The notes beneath the pieces were generated by a model. The model ran no database searches. It worked only from the letters and a program-made list of their open reading frames with translations, and had not been told where the DNA came from. Below are positions 60,881 to 64,000 of a DNA stretch of 64,000 nt, piece by piece. Location: positions 4,573,753 to 4,637,752 of the forward strand of contig NC_069005.1 in the NCBI RefSeq assembly GCF_001194135.2, written 5' to 3'. This DNA comes from Octopus bimaculoides (taxonomy: Eukaryota). The position numbers were made by a program, and so were the translations under genes. Position 1 is the first letter of the stretch; the number at the start of each line of letters is the position of its first letter.

Positions 60881-63036
60881 TTTAGTGACGTCACTGAATA
60901 TATAATTTAGTTCATTAAAATAATATGTAAAATACCATACTAATTATATATTTTTTGGCAATTTGAAATCTACATTAAATAGCCTAACGTAGAAACCAAG
61001 CATATTTAACTCCTAGAATTCATGACGTCACTGGGTATGTGAAGAACAAAAACGGCAGACAAGAATTCTACGTTATGCTAAGTAGAGAACTAAAGAATAA
61101 AAACTACAGATAATAATTCTACGTAATGCTTAATAGAAACTTATATACTTTAAGTCGTAGTAATTGATTACCTGTTTATTTATTCAATATAATAAGACCT
61201 TCTATAAGAATTAAACTTATTTTCAGATAACAGAAGTATTACTATATTAAATAACATATACAACCACCGAGGATCTCACTGGTTAATTAAGAAATAAAAA
61301 ATACAGAAAAGACAACCAAATATCTATTTATTTATTATAATAAACTCTTAAACAGGAATTAACCTTATTATATAATAATTAAAGAATTAGTGTAATTAAT
61401 AATAGTATTTACAATTATTGATGAATACGTTAGATAACTAAAGATTAAAAATAACGGATACGATAATTAAATACTTATTTTTATTTATATTATGCCCTTT
61501 TATAGGAATTAAGATTATTACATAATAAATGAAAAATTACTATAATCAATAATGTATGCAATTCTTGGTGATCACGGTGGATAATTAAAAGATTTAAAAA
61601 TCATAGATAAGAATTCTATACTATGCTTAATTGAAGCTTAGAAAGTTTACGTCTGTATAATTAATTGCTTACTCATTATATTAAGCGCTTTAATAGAAAT
61701 TAAGCTTATTATATGATAATTAATTAAACGATTATCATAACTAATAACACTTTTCAAGAAAGTTAAATGTATCAAACTCATTATGAATGCAAACCAACTT
61801 TTTTAGTCTAATTTTTCATGCTGATTTCAAAATTCCACTCCATTTCTATGCAGCACGTATCAGTTTTTTAACCACTACGGCATATGCCCGTGGGCTATCA
61901 TCTCTGGTTATTTTCCTAAGTAATGAAGATAGCCTCTCTTTGATTCCGTTATCCCCACGGGCATATATGCGTATTACAAAGTAGCGGGGTTTAGTTCACA
62001 GGTGATCTCAATGATTAGGTAGCTAGGTAAGTGCTGTGACGGATTACCTGTGCTCCAAGGTTATAGCCTAGTCCGTAATTATGGAGCCTCTTTTTTCTTC
62101 TCTCTTTCCATCTTCTTATTCTTTTACTCACTACCTCTATGATATCATCTTATTGATATATACCATTCTTATTTCTCATATTTTTCCCAAATTGTCTCTG
62201 ATTACGGAATATCCCATACTCGAGGATATCTCAGAAACAGCTACAAGATTTTGAATTTCTTCCTGTAATAATATTGTATACGACTTGAAAGGTCTGCTTT
62301 GCCTTAATGTTTGACGTCATGTTTAACAATNNNNNNNNNNNNNNNNNNNNNNNNNNNNNNNNNNNNNNNNNNNNNNNNNNNNNNNNNNNNNNNNNNNNNN
62401 NNNNNNNNNNNNNNNNNNNNNNNNNNNNNNNNNNNNNNNNNNNNNNNNNNNNNNNNNNNNNNNNNNNNNNNNNNNNNNNNNNNNNNATAATTATAGTGGT
62501 TTTAAAACTTGTAGTACATCAATAACATGAAACATCGGTCTTACTTGAAATAGGATGCATCGTCTTTTCCTTTATTTCGTAAACGTTATATTGTTGTGTG
62601 CGAAAGTAAAGTAATTATTATATTTTAACTGGGGCCCCCAAGTGAAACATCTTTGGAAAAACAGCGACATCTAATAAAATTGGCACGTTGATCGGAAGAG
62701 TATGTCTTTGGGTTATTGTTTGCACACGCTTGGGCAAAATTCTTCCTTATTTATTTCCTATAAAGTTTCCATAAACTGTTGATGTATGGCATAGTAAATG
62801 ATATTCATGAAATACGGGTTTTATCATTGAGGGAAGATTAAATTAAACAATTCTTTTGGATATTTTTACTCGCGGCCAAGTATTTGTGTTATTAGTAATC
62901 AAGTAATTTAATTATGCGCTTCCCTCATTATCATAAGACTACCAGAAGGAAACTTTGCTTTATTTCTATACACATATTTGACTCCTTGTTCATTCTTGTA
63001 ATCCCTTAACACAGATAATGTTAGTGGACCTGTTAG

Positions 63037-63245
63037 GGCGGTGAGCTGGCAAAATCGTTTGTAACCCGAGCAAAGTGCTTAGCGAACTTTCGTTAGTCTT
63101 GATGTTCTGAGATCAAATTCCACTGCGGGTGACATTACCTATCATATTTTGGGGTCGATAAAATAAGTACCAGTGGAACGGTGGTCGATGTAATCGACTT
63201 ATTTCTCCCACGAAATTGCTGGTTTTGTGCCAGAGTTTGAAACAT
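63037..63245 (+). mobile_element. SINE family A, short-tail variant
   Basis: GGCGGTGAGCTGGCAAAATCG...GGGGTCGATAAAATAAGTACCAG...GAAATTGCTGGTTTTGTGCC. Confidence 0.85.
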
Positions 63246-63842
63246 GTTTTTGTCCAAGTTATTAGATTTTCTTTCCAATTAAACTGAAATAGTTTTGTTT
63301 TCAAGAAATCGTCTTATAATCTGTTAGAATTACAACAAATTTCCCAGAATAGTAACAGAAATATCAGAAAAGTTTGCAAATGTTCTAGGCATCATAGTAT
63401 AATGACTAACATATTAGCATTGTGCAATTGATATATTTCATTATATTGAAACTGGAAAACAAACAACTAAAGAAAGCTAGCAACATGATAGACACTGCTG
63501 TTGAAACCAGCTCGTGGAAAAAACCACAAATACAATCCATCCGCAGATGATAAATAATTCAAACCTCATTACCCTACACAGGTGAAGCTTACACTTAACG
63601 ATGCCAAGAGTTTGTGACCCCTGAGATACCTGCTAACGATACAGAGGGCTTTCTCTCATTACGATGGATTTAAAGCTCGCAACATATTTGAGTAACCGCT
63701 GTAGTTTCTGGAAATGCTAACCATCGCCGATGTTTATTTGACCTATAGAAACTCAAAAAATTCAATTAGTCAACATTAATACAAGGAAAAACTTCAAATT
63801 TGAAACATAACTATGGAAAGGAGATAAATAAATAACTGTACG

Positions 63843-63878
<36 letters not shown>

Positions 63879-64000
63879 GCATGTATGTATTTATACATTT
63901 TAAAATCAACTGATATCTATCTACCTATCTCTTTATCTACCTATATACCTATATCCATATGTATGCGTGCACACTTATGCATATGTGTATAGATTGTACA

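Noticed and set aside
60900-61780. Possible mitochondrial insertion (NUMT) because of extreme AT content
   Set aside because: No mitochondrial tRNA, rRNA or protein motif recognised; a BLAST against the mitogenome control region would settle it
62001-62025. 25-nt segment between CACAG and GTAAGT
   Set aside because: Stops in all three frames

Overview
AT-rich, repeat-dense metazoan genomic DNA from a short-read scaffold, with 23 N-gaps (about 7.6 kb) that mostly abut microsatellites. The microsatellite load and the SINE consensuses resemble octopus DNA; this is an inference from recalled repeat sequences, with no database search. No host protein-coding gene, rRNA, true tRNA gene or CRISPR array could be identified with confidence. 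Almost all ORFs in the track are microsatellite or gap artefacts, or antisense to transposon relics. The window holds roughly 30 copies or fragments of tRNA-derived SINEs (at least 3 families with shared or swapped modules) and decayed LINEs: RTE at 22.3-24.0 kb, CR1 at 45.7-46.7 kb, and three R4/Dong-like restriction-like-endonuclease (RLE) LINE fragments, two sitting inside (TAA)n tracts. It also holds several mariner/Tc1 relics, a mariner-derived MITE in two copies, a DUF4817-type internally deleted transposon, and Penelope-type ends with degenerate hammerhead motifs. Unexplained structures include a perfect 17-bp hairpin, a 146-bp direct repeat bracketing a Gly-rich open frame, a compound inverted-repeat element at 60.3-60.7 kb, two signal-peptide-like small ORFs, and several minus-strand exon-like segments. 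These segments might mean the window lies in the introns of a large gene. I found no clearly novel multi-gene system; the best leads are listed with honest, mostly modest, scores.
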